DNA from: Camelus ferus | Taxonomy: Eukaryota | DNA: 64,000 nt | Assembly (NCBI RefSeq): GCF_009834535.1 | Contig: NC_045696.1 | Coordinates: 11,720,001 to 11,784,000 of the forward strand | Reading direction: 5' to 3' | Shown: positions 13,350 through 25,800 of the stretch, piece after piece | Layout of the letters: every line of letters begins with the position of its first letter | Numbering within the stretch: the stretch's first letter is position 1 | Program-made: the position numbers and the translations under genes | Notes under the pieces: generated by a model | Database searches by the model: none | Told to the model about the DNA's origin: nothing | What the model saw: the letters and a program-made list of their open reading frames with translations, nothing else

Positions 13350-14420
13350 GAATGACTTTCGTCCCTACTCCCAACAGCTGGTTGGATATGTGAACCCAAG
13401 GCGTTTCTTGGGGATTGGGGACTTGTCCCACCCCCGCCCCTCAGTCCAGCAAGTCAGAGCCCCTGGTCCAAGGGTCTAGAATAGGCCTGAGGAGGAGGGA
13501 GGGCTGGCTAGGAGGCCTCCCTAGGCCCTAAGCCTAAACTTCCCCTACCAGCTGTGGGGGAGGGAGCCAGAGGTGGGGTTGGGAGGGAGGGAGGGCCTGA
13601 CTTACCTGTATAGCCTTTTGGGCCATTTGACTTTACCATGCTCATGTCCTGTGCTACCTTTTCCAAAAATATTTTATTCTACATTTTACAAATGCTTAGC
13701 TATTAAAAATACGCCTAAGTCAAATTTTACAAGATATAAGATTCACCTCTGGTTGAGATGGTTAAAAACAAGACAACTGGCCCCAAATGGAGTCACTTAT
13801 GCTAAGCCCCATGTCACCACACCAAGTAAACTTAATGGCAGTGTCGGCTTTCCCAGAAATGGAATCTTTAACCAGTCAATCAGAAATTGCCTGATTCCTA
13901 GCACTAGTGAGGTCATCTGCCAGACAGAACCCTGCCTTTTCCCCTAAAGGAAAGTAACCCACTTTAACCAACCCACTTTTTTAGCTTAGTGTAACTTCCT
14001 TCTCTCCACTCCCTTCTGCCCTTCAAGTCTTTCATTTTGTGCAGCTCCTCAGAGCTCATTTCCATCTCCTAGATTGGATGCTGCCTGATTCAAATCAGTT
14101 TGTGCTCAAAAATTCTTAAAACTTTTAATATACCTCAGTTTATCTTTTGACACGACTGAGCTAAAGTTTTCAGTCCTCAGAGAGTTTTTTTTCCTCTAGA
14201 GTTAAAAATAACTGAAAGCCGTCTCAGAGTGGTGCCTTTCTTCAACTTCGATCTTGCCTGTCCTGTTCAATCATTAAACCTCCCCAGCCAGCATAGCGCC
14301 AGGCACAGAGTAAACCGTTAATAAGTATTTGACGAGTAAATCAATTGGTATCAAAACAAAATGCAGGCTGCTTTCATGTTCCTCGGATTCTGCATTTTCC
14401 TAAAGAAAGGATATACGCGT
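13350..14420 (+). pseudogene. LRR fossil segment, split by an LTR at 13753-14152
   Basis: ORF-track 13573 contains GLTYLYSLLGHLTL and FPKIFYSTFYKCLAIKNTPKSNF. From 14196: LELKITESRLRVVP. Confidence 0.75.
13753..14152 (+). mobile_element. ERV1 LTR, MER34/MER39-like
   Basis: AAATGGAGTCACTTATGCTAAG, AACCAGTCAATCAG motifs; ends TTTGACA. Confidence 0.65.
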
Positions 14421-14425
14421 CAGAG

Positions 14426-15378
14426 TATGATAATGTAATTAAATATATATTTGGTCTTTGTCCATTTCTGGCACTGAGCACCCTAAACCCTTGCAGTTTC
14501 CTAAGTGATGAGAGGAGACGGGTGTCTTTTGTTATGTTAATGAAGTGACTTTTGGATCCATCTAAGAATGGGGACTGGTTGCCTGGAGAACCAACCATGT
14601 GATTAGAGGGTTGGAGTTTTCTCTCCCATTCCCTGACCTCCTGGGAGGGAAGGGAGCTGCAGATTTTGTCAGTCACCAATGGCCAGTGATTGAATCAATC
14701 ATGTCTATGTAATGAGGACTCCATCAACCCCCAAGGGGATAAGGTTTGGAGAACTTCTGAGCTGGTGAACACATGGTGATGTGGGGAGAGTGGAGCGCCT
14801 AGGGAGGGCGTGGAAGCTCTGCCCCCCTCCCCCCGTACCTTTCCTTACATCTCCTCCACCTGGCTGTTCTTGAGCCATGTCCTTTTATAATAAACCAGTA
14901 ATCTAGTAAATAAAATGTTTCTCTGAGTGCTGCGAGCCACTTCAGTCAATTAATTGAAACCAAGGAAGGGGTCGTTAGAACCTCCAATCTATAGCTGGTC
15001 AGTCAGAAGCATAGGTGATAAACTGGCCTGGTGACTACCTTCTGAAGTTGGGGAGGGGGGCAGTCTTCTGAGACTGAGCCCTTAACCTGGGGGTTCTGAT
15101 GCTATCTCTGAGTAGATGATGTCCAAATTGAGTTGAATTATAGGACACTGAGCTGGTGTCTGGAGATTTGTTGGAGGATACGGGGAGCCCCTCCCCTCCC
15201 CACTGTGGAGGTGGGGTGCCCCAGGGTATGTGATCAGCTTTGCACAGTTCTCTGGTTGATGGTGATCAATCCTTAGGCGCCAGAATGTCTGGGGACTATG
15301 CGCTCGTGATCATTGACCATCAAGTATTTCGTTTCTTCCACACGTACATGTTGGAATTGGTGCTAGAAACATTTTACA
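14426..15378 (+). mobile_element. MER21-like LTR
   Basis: Similar to 48232-48898 and to the reverse complement of 47023-47702; AATAAA at about 14889. Confidence 0.75.
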
Positions 15379-15379
15379 T

Positions 15380-17110
15380 AGAAATCACCCCGTCTGAGAA
15401 TGTCAGCTGAAGCCCCGAACCAAGAATATAAGTGACAGGTGACAAGTCCCTGACATTCCAGAGGGATGTAAGGACATGCCCTCATAACTTGCTAAGAGGT
15501 GGCTGGACCAATCTTTTGACCGGGAACCATCCCCCTTGTGTGACGGATCAGTCAGCCACGTGAGAGTGAGATTACTTTGAAGAGGATGGTTGGCTTGGGG
15601 AGAAGGGGTGATTTTCACTCTTAACCCTAAACCGAAGGCAAGTGACAGGGCTTCAAAAGAAGCCTTCCTAGAGTGTGGGTGGACTACCAGGAAGAGAGAA
15701 AGACTAAATGCCGGGCCGAGCTTGAGGATGGTCAGGCAGTGGGTAGTGGAGGGCAAGAGTTGTGGGATACTGTGGAATGAAGAGGAGTTCTGGGATGGAA
15801 GAGGACTTTGCTTTTTATTTTTACTCTCTGTTCTCTTTAGTTTTTTTTTTTCTTTATGTATTTTTTATTTTTTAAAAAGCTAGCTATACCTGTGTTCAAA
15901 TTACATAAAAGCCACTTTGGCTTCTCATTTAGGAGAGAAAGGCTCAGAATATTAAATCAGTGCTTCTCCAACATTAATGTGCATAAAATCCCCTGGAAAT
16001 CTGGTTAACAGTGCAGGCTCTGATTCAGTAAATCTGGGGTGTACCCTGAGACTCTGCATTTCCAACAAGCTCCCAGGTGATGCCCAGACTGCTAGTGTGT
16101 GGATCACACTTTGAGTAGCAAGAGTTAAGTGACTTGCCCAAGGCCACCCAACTAGGACTAGAATTCTGATCTCCTGCCTTCCAAAGCAAGATGGCCTTAC
16201 TCTTGCTTTTTTTTTTTTTTTTTTTTTCCAGTTTATGTTGACCACCACTGGAAATCAGGACCTCAGAGATGGTAGTGACTGTTAGGCTGGCTCTTTCCAT
16301 GTTGGTGTGGGAAAATGGTGTATTTTAAAACAGTTATGGATAATTCTGTTAAATCTCAGGCTTTAATAGAGTTACGCTCCCCTTCAAGCAGTTATATAAG
16401 CACTTATGCAACAGCAGATGAGAAAGGGACATTTTTCTTTTGCTAAAATGAATTTGTTGGAAAAGAGCCCTTCACATAGTGAAAGCGTGCCTTCCTCCTT
16501 TCTGAGACCTGGGACCACCAAAGGGAACCTTGCTTATCCCACTGAGCTATCCCTTGGGCCATCAAGAACCTTTGATGGGTGGCTGTGCACCATCCTTTGG
16601 GGTCCTTTGTGCCTGACTCTGTGACAAAACTCTCAGTGAGTCATCACATCTGACCTGAATGGGAAGGTTCAGTGGACCCCTTTTACAGATGAGGAAACCG
16701 AGGCTCCAACACATTATTGGCCTGAAGTCATACACCTGGAACTCAAAGTTCTGTCCCTCTTATACCAGAGTCCCCACTTGTCACCACTCCACTGTGCTGA
16801 AAATGATGCAGGTCACCACAGGGGCAAGTCTTGGATGAAGCCCCTGGAATCATTTTGGTGGGTTTTCTTGGAACAGCCCAAGCCTGGCTCTTTTCCCAGC
16901 CTTTGCTGCACATGGTGATAATTGTAGCTTTCTTAATTTTCCTATACCTGCAACTAAATTTCTGCTTCAAACACTCATTCCATGAGGTACAGAAGCTACA
17001 TCTCAGCCAGTTCAGTTCTTCTTAGTTAATGCCACATTTTGGGGGCAAATCAGGGCTTCCATAGTCAAGTCAAGGTTCTTTTTCCCTCTTCTTTGCCCAC
17101 AGAATCTCTT
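15380..17110 (+). pseudogene. LRR fossil segment, split by MER5A and MIR pieces
   Basis: From 15446: VPDIPEGCKDMPS*LAKRWLDQSFDREPSPLC. From 16319: CILKQLWIILLNLRALIEL. ORF 16406: SFAKMNLLEKSPSHSE and LAYPTELSLG. ORF 16831: LIFLYLQLNF and SFHEVQKLHLSQ. Confidence 0.8.
15959..16118. mobile_element. MER5A
   Basis: TCTGATTCAGTAAATCTGGGG...TGCATTTCCAACAAGCTCCCAGGTGATGC. Other MER5 pieces at about 2082-2150, 2914-2995 and 63768-63903. Confidence 0.8.
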
Positions 17111-17178
17111 AGCATTGCCGGCTCCTTGTCTTTCAAACCTTTATTTCAGTGTCACTTTCTTAAAGAGATCATTCTTAC

Positions 17179-18146
17179 TGTCAATGAAAAATTAATCAGT
17201 CGATCTAACAAAGAAATGGAAAATTTTATTTGAGCCAAATTTGAGGATTATAACCCAGGAAGAGCATCACAGAAAACTCTTGAGAAGTGTTCTACTAGTT
17301 AGAAGCAAGGCACAGTTATATAAGGTTTTCGATGTACAGAGGGCTGTACATCAAATGACATAATATTGAAAGTTTACATAATCCAGATCTAAGCTTCATC
17401 CTGGTGGGTCATGTGACCCCTTACAAGCTCAAGAAGGAATGTTATCTTCTAAGGAGTTGTCTTGATGCTAAAAGAATGTTGCTTTTTATGGTTGAGCAGG
17501 TATTCTGCTGATGAGGGAGGTCTGGTTGAGGCATAATGCAGATACACAGTGCACAGTCAGGCAGGGGAGGAGGCCAAACTGTAGCAGGAAAAATGGGGCA
17601 CGAGAAGATGGTCATGTCCCAGGTCTCAGGCGAGTCCCTGGAGCGCGCCCCACCAAGTCCTTAGCTTCACACAGGAAAGAAGTCAAGAATGAACCATAGT
17701 TGAGTGAAAGTAGATTTATTTAGAGAGACACACACTCCATAGACAGAATGTGGTCCATCTCAGAAGGGAGAGCGGCCATGAGGTGTGGGGGTGGTTAGTT
17801 TTTGTGGACTGGGCAATTTCATATGCTTACCAGTGGGAGGGTTGTTCCAACTATGTTGGGGAAGGGGTAGGGATTTCCAGGAATGGGACCCCCACCCGCT
17901 TTTTGTCCTTTTATGGTCAGCCTGGGAACTGTCCTGGCGCCTGTGGGTATGCCAAGAGGCTGGAGGTCTACTGGAAGTCGGATCTTCTGCCATCTTGGTT
18001 CTAACCAGTTAATCTGTCCTCACTGCTGTGTCATTCTTTTAATAGTTGTGCCCTGCCTGCTTCCCTTCTGTCTCAAAAGGGCAGAGAAGAATTTTTTATG
18101 TTTAAATTTTTCTTATCTTGCCATAAAATATGAATTTTATTTCACA
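17179..18146 (-). mobile_element. ERV1-type solo LTR family A, copy 1 (hosts a nested LTR)
   Basis: Closely similar to 20516-21457 and 31440-31814; minus strand starts TGTGAAATAAAATTC. Confidence 0.85.
17580..18075 (-). mobile_element. ERV1-type solo LTR (TGAGACA family) nested in family A copy 1
   Basis: TG...CA; TSD AAAC/AAAG (one mismatch); host LTR resumes in register. Confidence 0.85.
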
Positions 18147-18179
18147 CTGTTCAAACAAAAATCACCCACCCAGTCATTC

Positions 18180-18816
18180 TGAGACAGGAGGGAAGGGGGC
18201 AGGCCACAGCCACTCAAGGAACGACAGCAATTTAACACCAAAATGGGGGAAGATTCACCTCCTAGTGGACCTTAAGGATTAAGAGGTTTAACTTCTAGTG
18301 GACCTTGAGCTTCATTATATGCTCATTGTAACAGCGGGATCAAATAACATGCCCGCAGGCGCCATGACAGCCCCAAGGCTGACCGCAAAAGGCCAAAGAA
18401 TGGGCGGTGGTCCAATTCCTGGTAGTCCCAGCCCCTTCCCCAGGGCAGTTGGACTGATCCCACCTGCAGGCGTGTGAAGCTACTGAGCCCATAAAAAGTG
18501 ACAACATCACACTTAGAGGCCCTTTTTCGCTCTCTCCCCTTTGGAGATGGCCCGCACTCTGTCTATGGAGCGTGTACCTACTTTAACTTTAACCTGAGCA
18601 CCCGATTCCCACACCTCTTCCCTTGCCTTTCTCTTGCCTTACACTCTATGCAGTGTGTATCTCTATAAATAAATCTACCTTAATTCAATGGTGCCTCACA
18701 CTTGAATTCTTTCCTGCGCGAAGCCAAGCACCCACACTTGGCGGGGCACATCCCAGGGACTCAGCCAAGACCTGGGACTCGGCCCCCTCACGCCCCACAT
18801 CTGTTTTCCTGCATCA
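18180..18816 (+). mobile_element. ERV1-type solo LTR (TGAGACA family)
   Basis: TGAGACAGGAGGG ... GCATCA; exact TSD ATTC; CATAAAAA TATA-like box and AATAAA. Confidence 0.9.
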
Positions 18817-18929
18817 ATTCAAACTCTTTGGATTCTTTGTCTGTTTATTTTTATTGTCTGTGTCTCCCCATCATCGCTCCCACCAACGCTTGGCCCTAAT
18901 AGGTGCTCAGTAAATATGTTCTAATGAAT

Positions 18930-20237
18930 AATTAAGATGTCCCTGGGTGGAGCCTTCTGGTTCCTCTGTGGGAATGAAACGGGTGGGGGGGGAGGGGGCA
19001 GGAGCAAAATTTCACTCTTATGCCCAAAACAAGCGCCCACCAAGGCTTTGGGAACCCAAGTGTTGGGTTTGGGTCTTTTTTACCGTCTGTCATGAAGAAA
19101 CAGAACATCTGCCTGTGGGCCCGGCTCCCTATCTGAGGAAGTCTGGAGGAGATGGAAATCCTGAACAGGACCTCGGGTGGGCTGGGGGAACTCGAGAGGA
19201 AAGAAACTCTCTCCCCCTCATTTGAGGCAGTCCAGGGTGTGTGGAGAAAGACTGGGGTACAGTGCAAAGCTTTTCTCCTCACTCCCAGCTCCTCTCGCTG
19301 ACAGCCCTTTCTCCCCATCCCCCGTCCCCCCCAGGCCGGAATTTGTCTTCCTTTCCTCTCCCCTCCCCCATCCCTAAATAGTAAGGCTCGGCCTCATCTC
19401 CGTTGAACTTTGTCCCATTTGGAGGAGGCAGATTTTTTCCAACTGTCATTAACAGTCCCACGGTGAATAAGGAGGTGTACGAACTTACATCTTTTGTACA
19501 AATTGAAGGGCAATTTTCATTGTAACATTACCCTACTGCAAAATGTAATTTGATAGAAGAAAGAGGTTTGTTAATCTTTCAGATTCCTTTTTTTTTTTTT
19601 TTTGGCTTTTAAAAATTATTTGTTGCCCAAACCGAAAATCGGTGCCACCTATGGGTCCTGGATGCAATCAAATCAGAGAATGATAGTGAGGCCAGCAGGG
19701 CCTGACTCAACAGACTAGAGGGCTTTCCTTCCATAACTGATGGATGGAGGAAAACACTGGATGTGAATTCTTTTTAATTGAAGCATAGCCAATGTACGGT
19801 GTTGTGTCAATTTCTTGTGTACAGCATTATGTTTCAGTCATACATACACATACATGCATGTATTCCTTTTCATATTCTTTTTCATTACAGGTTACTACAA
19901 GATATTGAATATAGTTCCCTGTGCCATACAGTAGAAACTTGTTATTTATCTATTTTCTATTATAGTAGTTAGTATCTGCAAATCTCAGACTCCCAGTTTA
20001 TCCCTTCCCACCCTCTTCCTCCCCAGTAACCATAGGTTTATTTTCTATGTCTATGAGTCTGTTTCTATTTTGTAAATAAGTTGATTTGTGTCTTTTTTTT
20101 TTTAGATTCCACATATAAGTGATATCATATAGTATTTTTCTTTCTCTTTCTGACTTCACTTAGAATGATGATTTCCAGCTCCATTCATGTGCTGCAAATG
20201 GCATTATTTTATTCCTTTTATGGCTAAGTAGTATTCC

Positions 20238-20277
<40 letters not shown>

Positions 20278-20515
20278 TATGTGTACACATATATATACAC
20301 ACCACAACTTCTTTTGGATGAGAATTCTTAATAACCAGACTCTACTGGACTTTTTTTTTTTGCAGACTGGCTGTCGGTTTCTGTGTTCCAGCCCTGCTGT
20401 TTTATCCAGGTGGGATTCCTCTTCATTCCAGGTACGTGGGTGTGCAAGCTGGGCTCTTCCTCCAAGGTCATGAGCAGGTACTTGCACTGCCATGAATGTA
20501 TTACAAGGAAAGGGC
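18930..20515 (+). pseudogene. LRR fossil segment, split by an L1 at 19772-20310
   Basis: ORF 18947: TEHLPVGPAPYLRKSGGDGNP. From 19469: KEVYELTSFVQIEGQFSL*HYPTAKCNLIEERGLLIF. From 19706: LNRLEGFPSITDGWRKTLDVNS. Confidence 0.8.
19772..20310 (-). mobile_element. Younger L1 3' end with (TG)n
   Basis: TTGAAGCATAG start; (TG)n at about 20240-20274. Confidence 0.85.
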
Positions 20516-21457
20516 TGTTGACAAAAAATTAATCAGTTAATCTAAGAAAGAAATGGAAAAATTCTATTCAACCCAAATTTGAGGATTATAACCCAGGAAG
20601 AGCATCTCTGAATATTCAGAGAACTGTCCCACCAGTTAGAAAACAAGGCACAGGCTTGTAAGTTTTTTGATGTACAGAGGTACATCAAATGACATGTTAT
20701 TGACAGTTTATACTGTGGGCACAGCGTGGTGGCCGGTCGGTGTCATGGTGACACACAGGTTGGTAAAAGAATTTGCCAGAGATAAAGTATGAGAATAGAA
20801 AAGGAATGTATTAGGTGACCCTGCCATAGACAACAGCAGGCCACTCAGATGAGTGGTGCCTGTGTGAGCACCGAGGGCCAGTTACTGGGGTCTCTTATAA
20901 GGTAGGGTCACAAGGTGCCGGATCGGCTTGTGCTCAAATCTCTGATTGGTTGTAGATGAGGTAAGAGGTTTAGGGTGGGGTTTATGGCTCTAATAAGCTG
21001 GGCTGAAACGAGCCAGCCTGAGCTATTGTGAGATTAGACATTACCTGGGGCTCTTAGTTTGTTAAGGGAAAGACGCCCAGTAAATAATGTACTTAATCTG
21101 TTGAGGGACCACAGGCAGATATCGGAGAGCCTGGACATGGGGGTCGTTGGACGCTGAAGGACCTCAGCTGGCCTACCAGTTTACACAATCCAGATCTAAG
21201 TGGGTCGTCCTGGTGGGTCATGTGACCCCTTATAAGACCAAGAAGGAATGTTATCTTTGAGGAGTGGTCTTGCTGTGGGGAGAATGCTGCTCTTTATGGT
21301 TGAGCGGGTGTCTCTGCTGATGGGGGGGGGGGTCTGGTCCACACGTAATGCAGATACACGGCGCACAGTGGGGGAGAGAGGAGGCCAAAGGGCAGAGAGG
21401 AATGTTTTATGTTTAAGTTTTTCCCGTCTTGCCATAAAGTGTGAATGTCATTTCAGA
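20516..21457 (-). mobile_element. ERV1-type solo LTR family A, copy 2 (hosts a nested element)
   Basis: TSD GGGC at 20512-20515 and 21458-21461. Confidence 0.85.
20714..21178 (-). mobile_element. LTR-like insert nested in family A copy 2
   Basis: TG...CA ends; absent from the other two family A copies; flanked by GTTTATAC/GTTTACAC. Confidence 0.7.
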
Positions 21458-21464
21458 GGGCACT

Positions 21465-22293
21465 GTATGATAAAGAATCTAACCTTGCCGAGAGAGAGCT
21501 CTGGTCTCTGCCCCCGTCTCCCGGGAGGTGATCACTAAGCCCTTAGACTCTCCTGCCTGATCAAAGTGCCTTTGTGTTACTGAAAACTTGGGTCTGCTCA
21601 TCCACACGCAGTAAAGCCAATCTACTGACACCGGGTTGTGGTGACGGGAAGTGCAGCGTTTATTGCGAGGCATGAGCTGAGGAGTTCAGGGCAGCTAGTG
21701 CTCCAAACCGCTTGGGTTTCAGGGAGGCATTTTTAAAGGCCAGGTGAGGGAGTGGAGCCCCAGTTATGTGATCAGCTTGTGCACAGTTCCCTGATTGGTT
21801 GATGGTGAGGGCACAGGGCAGTGTCACAGGGGTTACATTTTCAATCCTCAGACCCAGTAGGGCTGGGGAGTACATGCTCGTGGTTATCCAGTAGTTAACT
21901 TCTTCTGTTTGGTGGGGGTTTTAGCATCTATGAAATAGCTCAGAAAATGTGCACCAGATATTGTTATGTGGGTACTTCAGGGAGGAACTAAAGCAGGGCA
22001 CGTGGTGGGGAGGGGGTCTGTCCCAGGAAGGGTCCTGTTCAGTGACATTTGTTTACCTGGACGTCAAGGATGGACCTCTCCTGACTCTACCCTGTGTGTC
22101 TCTTCTCTTGGCTGATTTTCATCTGTATCTTTTTGCTGTAATAAACCATAATTGTGAGTGTAATAGCTTTCAGCGAGTTCGGAGAGTCCTTCTAGTGACT
22201 TACTGAATTTGACAGTGGTTGTGGGGACCCCCGGACCGGCCGTTGGTGTCAGAAGTGAAGGTAGTCTTAGGGACTGTGCCTTAACTTTGAACA
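21465..22293 (+). mobile_element. MER77/MER21-group LTR, internally deleted, hosting a nested LTR
   Basis: TGTATGATAAAGAATCTAACCTTGCC start; AATAAA near 22140. Confidence 0.65.
21575..22047 (-). mobile_element. ERV1-type solo LTR (TGTTAC end)
   Basis: TG...CA; exact TSD TTTG at 21571-21574 and 22048-22051. Confidence 0.85.
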
Positions 22294-22294
22294 C

Positions 22295-22720
22295 ATGGTC
22301 TCTGGTCCTGGACTCTCCTATTGGGCTGAGTGAACCACTTCATCTCTTTGATGAAGGTGCCTTTGCCTCAGTGCTCAGTGAGGAGAGTGTTATCTGTGTG
22401 CCCTCTGGAGGAGGTTGCTGTGGGGACTGGGATGGGACAGGGCTGTGTAAGTTGTCCAGCTCCATGCAAATGCCCCCTCTTGGCACCAGTGGACTGAGTG
22501 CATCCTCACGTAAACATGAGACACATTTGACAGTGATGGTGACAGTGAGGACCCCATGCCTACAGTCTGACTAACCTCATCTGTCTATACAGGGAGGTGA
22601 GAGGTGTTGGGGCCAAAGAATAGGTACCTGAAGCTGAGTCAAAGCCATTTCTCTAAAATAAGATCTTCACAGCCACTTACTGGGTGGAAGAATGCAAACT
22701 CTACGCACATGAGGAGACAA
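22295..22720 (+). pseudogene. LRR fossil segment
   Basis: From 22561: YSLTNLICLY. ORF 22604: NRYLKLSQSHFSKIRSS. Confidence 0.8.
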
Positions 22721-24490
22721 ACCCAAGTTACAATGCACCTGTCATTCATCAGAATGGCAAAAACTCAAAATCTTGACAAACCACTCTGTGGTGAGGCTGT
22801 GAGGAAGTGGGCACTCACATAACATGACTGGTGGGAGTACAAAATGCCTCATCCCCTGTTGAGGGGAAGTGAGCAATAACTAAGAAAATGACACAGCATT
22901 TACTCTTTGACCTAGAGATATCACTTCTCAGTACTATCCTGAATTACCTCTAACAATACAAACAATTGTAATGGTTATTTATTACAGCATAAATGGTAAT
23001 TCAGAATATTAAAAACAACCTAAATGTCCATATATAAGAAATTGTTTGACTAAATTATAGCACAATGAAATACCACATTGCTATAAAAACTGACAAGGAG
23101 GAACTCCATGAACTGATACAGAGGGAAAGCCAGCTATATGGTTGCATGAAGAAAGCAAAACAAAACAAGAACAGAGTTCACTAAAATGATTATAGATGTC
23201 ATAGCACATTGAGTAAAAAAGAATCTGTGAATCAGAATGATACCAAAGAACACATAAACAGGAAAAGTAAAGAAAGCTCTTCTTTCATCATAAGGGAAAG
23301 TAAAATGCCAACTAATAAATGTAGGGGGACTAATACAAGTAGAAAATCAAGTCACCACTTTTCACACATCATAGCAAATCATTGATATCATCACTGACTC
23401 AGGCTCGACATAATGGATGCTAAACCTACTGAGTTAAAGTTTGTTGGGGAAGGGGATATTTATAATATGTATACAACCTGAAAGCTGTTCCCCCAGATTA
23501 CTTCTCAGTTACATACTTACCGGACTTACCATACTTACTTAGTCAAGAGATTAAAATCAACATCTCAATAATAGGACAAAGTGGTGACATGCCTCCTGAT
23601 GGATGCACTGAAAAGACCACAAGATCCCAGATATAGTATTCCTGCCAAAAACGCACAACCTGAACTAAATCATGAGGAACAATTATATAAACCCAAGTTG
23701 AAGGCATTCTACAAAATAGTGGCCTGTCCTCTCCAAAAATGTCAATGTCATGAAAGGTAAAGAAAGGCCAGGGAATCTGTTTCAGATTTTAAAAGACTAA
23801 CGACTACATCAAAATTTAAAGCTTTTGTGCACCAAAGGATACTATCAAGCGAGTGAAAAGGCAGCCCATAGAATGGGAGAACATATTTACAATTTATCTA
23901 TCTTTTATTTTTTAATGGAGGTACTGGGGATTGAACCCAGGACCGTGTGCATGCTAAGCATGTGCTTTACCACTGAGCTACACCCGCCTGCTTATATATC
24001 TTATAAGGGGTTGATATATAGAACATATAAAGAACTCCTAAACTCAACAACATCAAAAACAAGACCATTAAAAAATGAGCGAAGGTCTTGAATAGACATT
24101 TCTCCAAAGAAGTTATAGAAATGGCCAATGAGCACATGAAAAGATACCCAGCATCACTAATTGTTAGGGAAACTTGAATCAAAACCACAGCACATAACAC
24201 ACAACACAGGTGAATCTCAGAAACATTGCACTGAAAGAAGTCAGACACAAAAGTTTACCTCTGGACATGATTCCATTCAGAGGAAATGCTAGAAAAGGCA
24301 AAGCCATAGGGACAGAGAGCAGATCAGTAGTACCTTGTGGTCCAGATGAGGGCAGCGATGAGAGCAAAGATGCAGGTTGGAACTTCTCCGGGGGACGGAA
24401 GAGCTCTAAACAAATACAGTGGTTGCAGGACTGTATATTTACCAAATGCATAGAACCCTAAAGTATACCCCAATAAAGCTATAAAATAAT
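22720..24490 (+). mobile_element. Old L1 fragments (L1MB/MC/ME-like) with nested SINE at about 23902-23988(-)
   Basis: L1 ORF2 and 3' UTR motifs (GACATTTCTCCAAAGAAG, CATCACTAATTGTTAGGGAAA). Confidence 0.75.
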
Positions 24491-24499
24491 AATATGAGG

Positions 24500-24990
24500 A
24501 GAAGGAGGAAGTCTGGAAAAAAACCATATCTCAGACTGAAATCTGCCACACATACTCATGAGCAGGCCGACCCAGTAACCCTCGGCACCTCGCCTAGCAG
24601 CTCCAGGGTGTCCAGGCTCAGGGTCTCAGCCTCCAAGCTTCCTTCCCTGAAAGGTTCGTTCAGGGCAGATGCAGTGCTCAGGCCTCGGGACTCGGGAACA
24701 GACGCCTCCCATGAACGTCTGCACATGTGCGTGGTCCCGAATCTTCAACCCCAGGTGCTGCTCAGAGGGGCTCAGGCCACAGGACTGGCCGGATTCTTAT
24801 CCCCTGCTCATGCCTGGGGGGCCTTCCTGGTAACCCCAGCCAACTCCCCTGTCTGAGCCCTGTGATTCCACAGTGAAAACTGACTTCTAACGTGCGTCAG
24901 CTAATTAACGAAGCCTCTGTTGTTGATTGGAATGAGGGTGGCTGAAGCCTTTGTAGTAGCTGACTCCGGGTGGTGGGCTTTCCTTCCCTT
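24500..24990 (+). pseudogene. LRR fossil segment (three consecutive repeats still in one frame)
   Basis: ORF 24494: SRVSRLRVSASKLPSLKGSFRADAVLRPRDSGTDASHERLHMCVVPNLQPQVLLRGAQATGL. Confidence 0.8.
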
Positions 24991-25800
24991 TAGCTTTATA
25001 TTTGGAAAACATTCCAACCCACAAAAAAGTTGGAACAACGGGACAACGAACCTCTTTATGCCTTTCATCTAGATTCACCAATTGTTAACATTTTTGTCTC
25101 ATTTGCTCAGACCCTTCTCTCTCTCTTTCCATTCCACATACGTACATATGTGTACATGTGTCTATAGAAATATATGGATATATGCACACAATATCTATAC
25201 CTGTGTATCTAATATGTATAGAGACTGACTTTTGCTGAACCATTAAGTCTAATATGTCCCCTTTACACCCAAATAATCTAGAATATAGCTCCTAAGAACA
25301 AAGGCGTTCTCTTACATAATCTCAGGGAAATCGTCAACTTCAAGAAATTAATATTAATACAATATTATTGCATAACATATTTTGCCAGTTGTCCCAATAA
25401 TATCATTTATAACCCTTTGTTTTCAAGTTGGGCTCCAGTCCTGGATTAAGCAAGACATTTAATTGTCAACCTCATTAGTCTCCCCTAATCTGGAACAGTT
25501 CCCTCAGCCTTTCTTTGTCATGACATGGACATTTTTGAAGAGAACAGGTAGGGGGCCCCTCAGTTTGGGCTTGTCTGATTGTATACTTGAGATTATTCTG
25601 GTTCGGTTATACATTTTGGGTCTGGAGTGACGTGATCTCGGTGTGTCCTCCTACTGATGCGTTTGAACGTTGGACACTTGCGGTGGTCGTTCACATTATG
25701 ATGTCTGGGCTAGTTCTCCACTACAAAGGTGCTTTTTCCTCTGTACCATTAATAACTCAGCTGTAGGGAGATACTAGGAGCCTAGGTGAATCCCCTGCTC
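24990..25800 (-). mobile_element. Old L1 (L1MC/ME-like) 3' region
   Basis: CATCTAGATTCACCAATTGTTAACATT and related motifs; a similar relic lies at about 27000-28090. Confidence 0.65.

Noticed and set aside
19404..19416. DR1/HNF4-like motif TGAACTTTGTCCC
   Set aside because: Explained by LRR codons (V-E-L-C-P); no other regulatory evidence.
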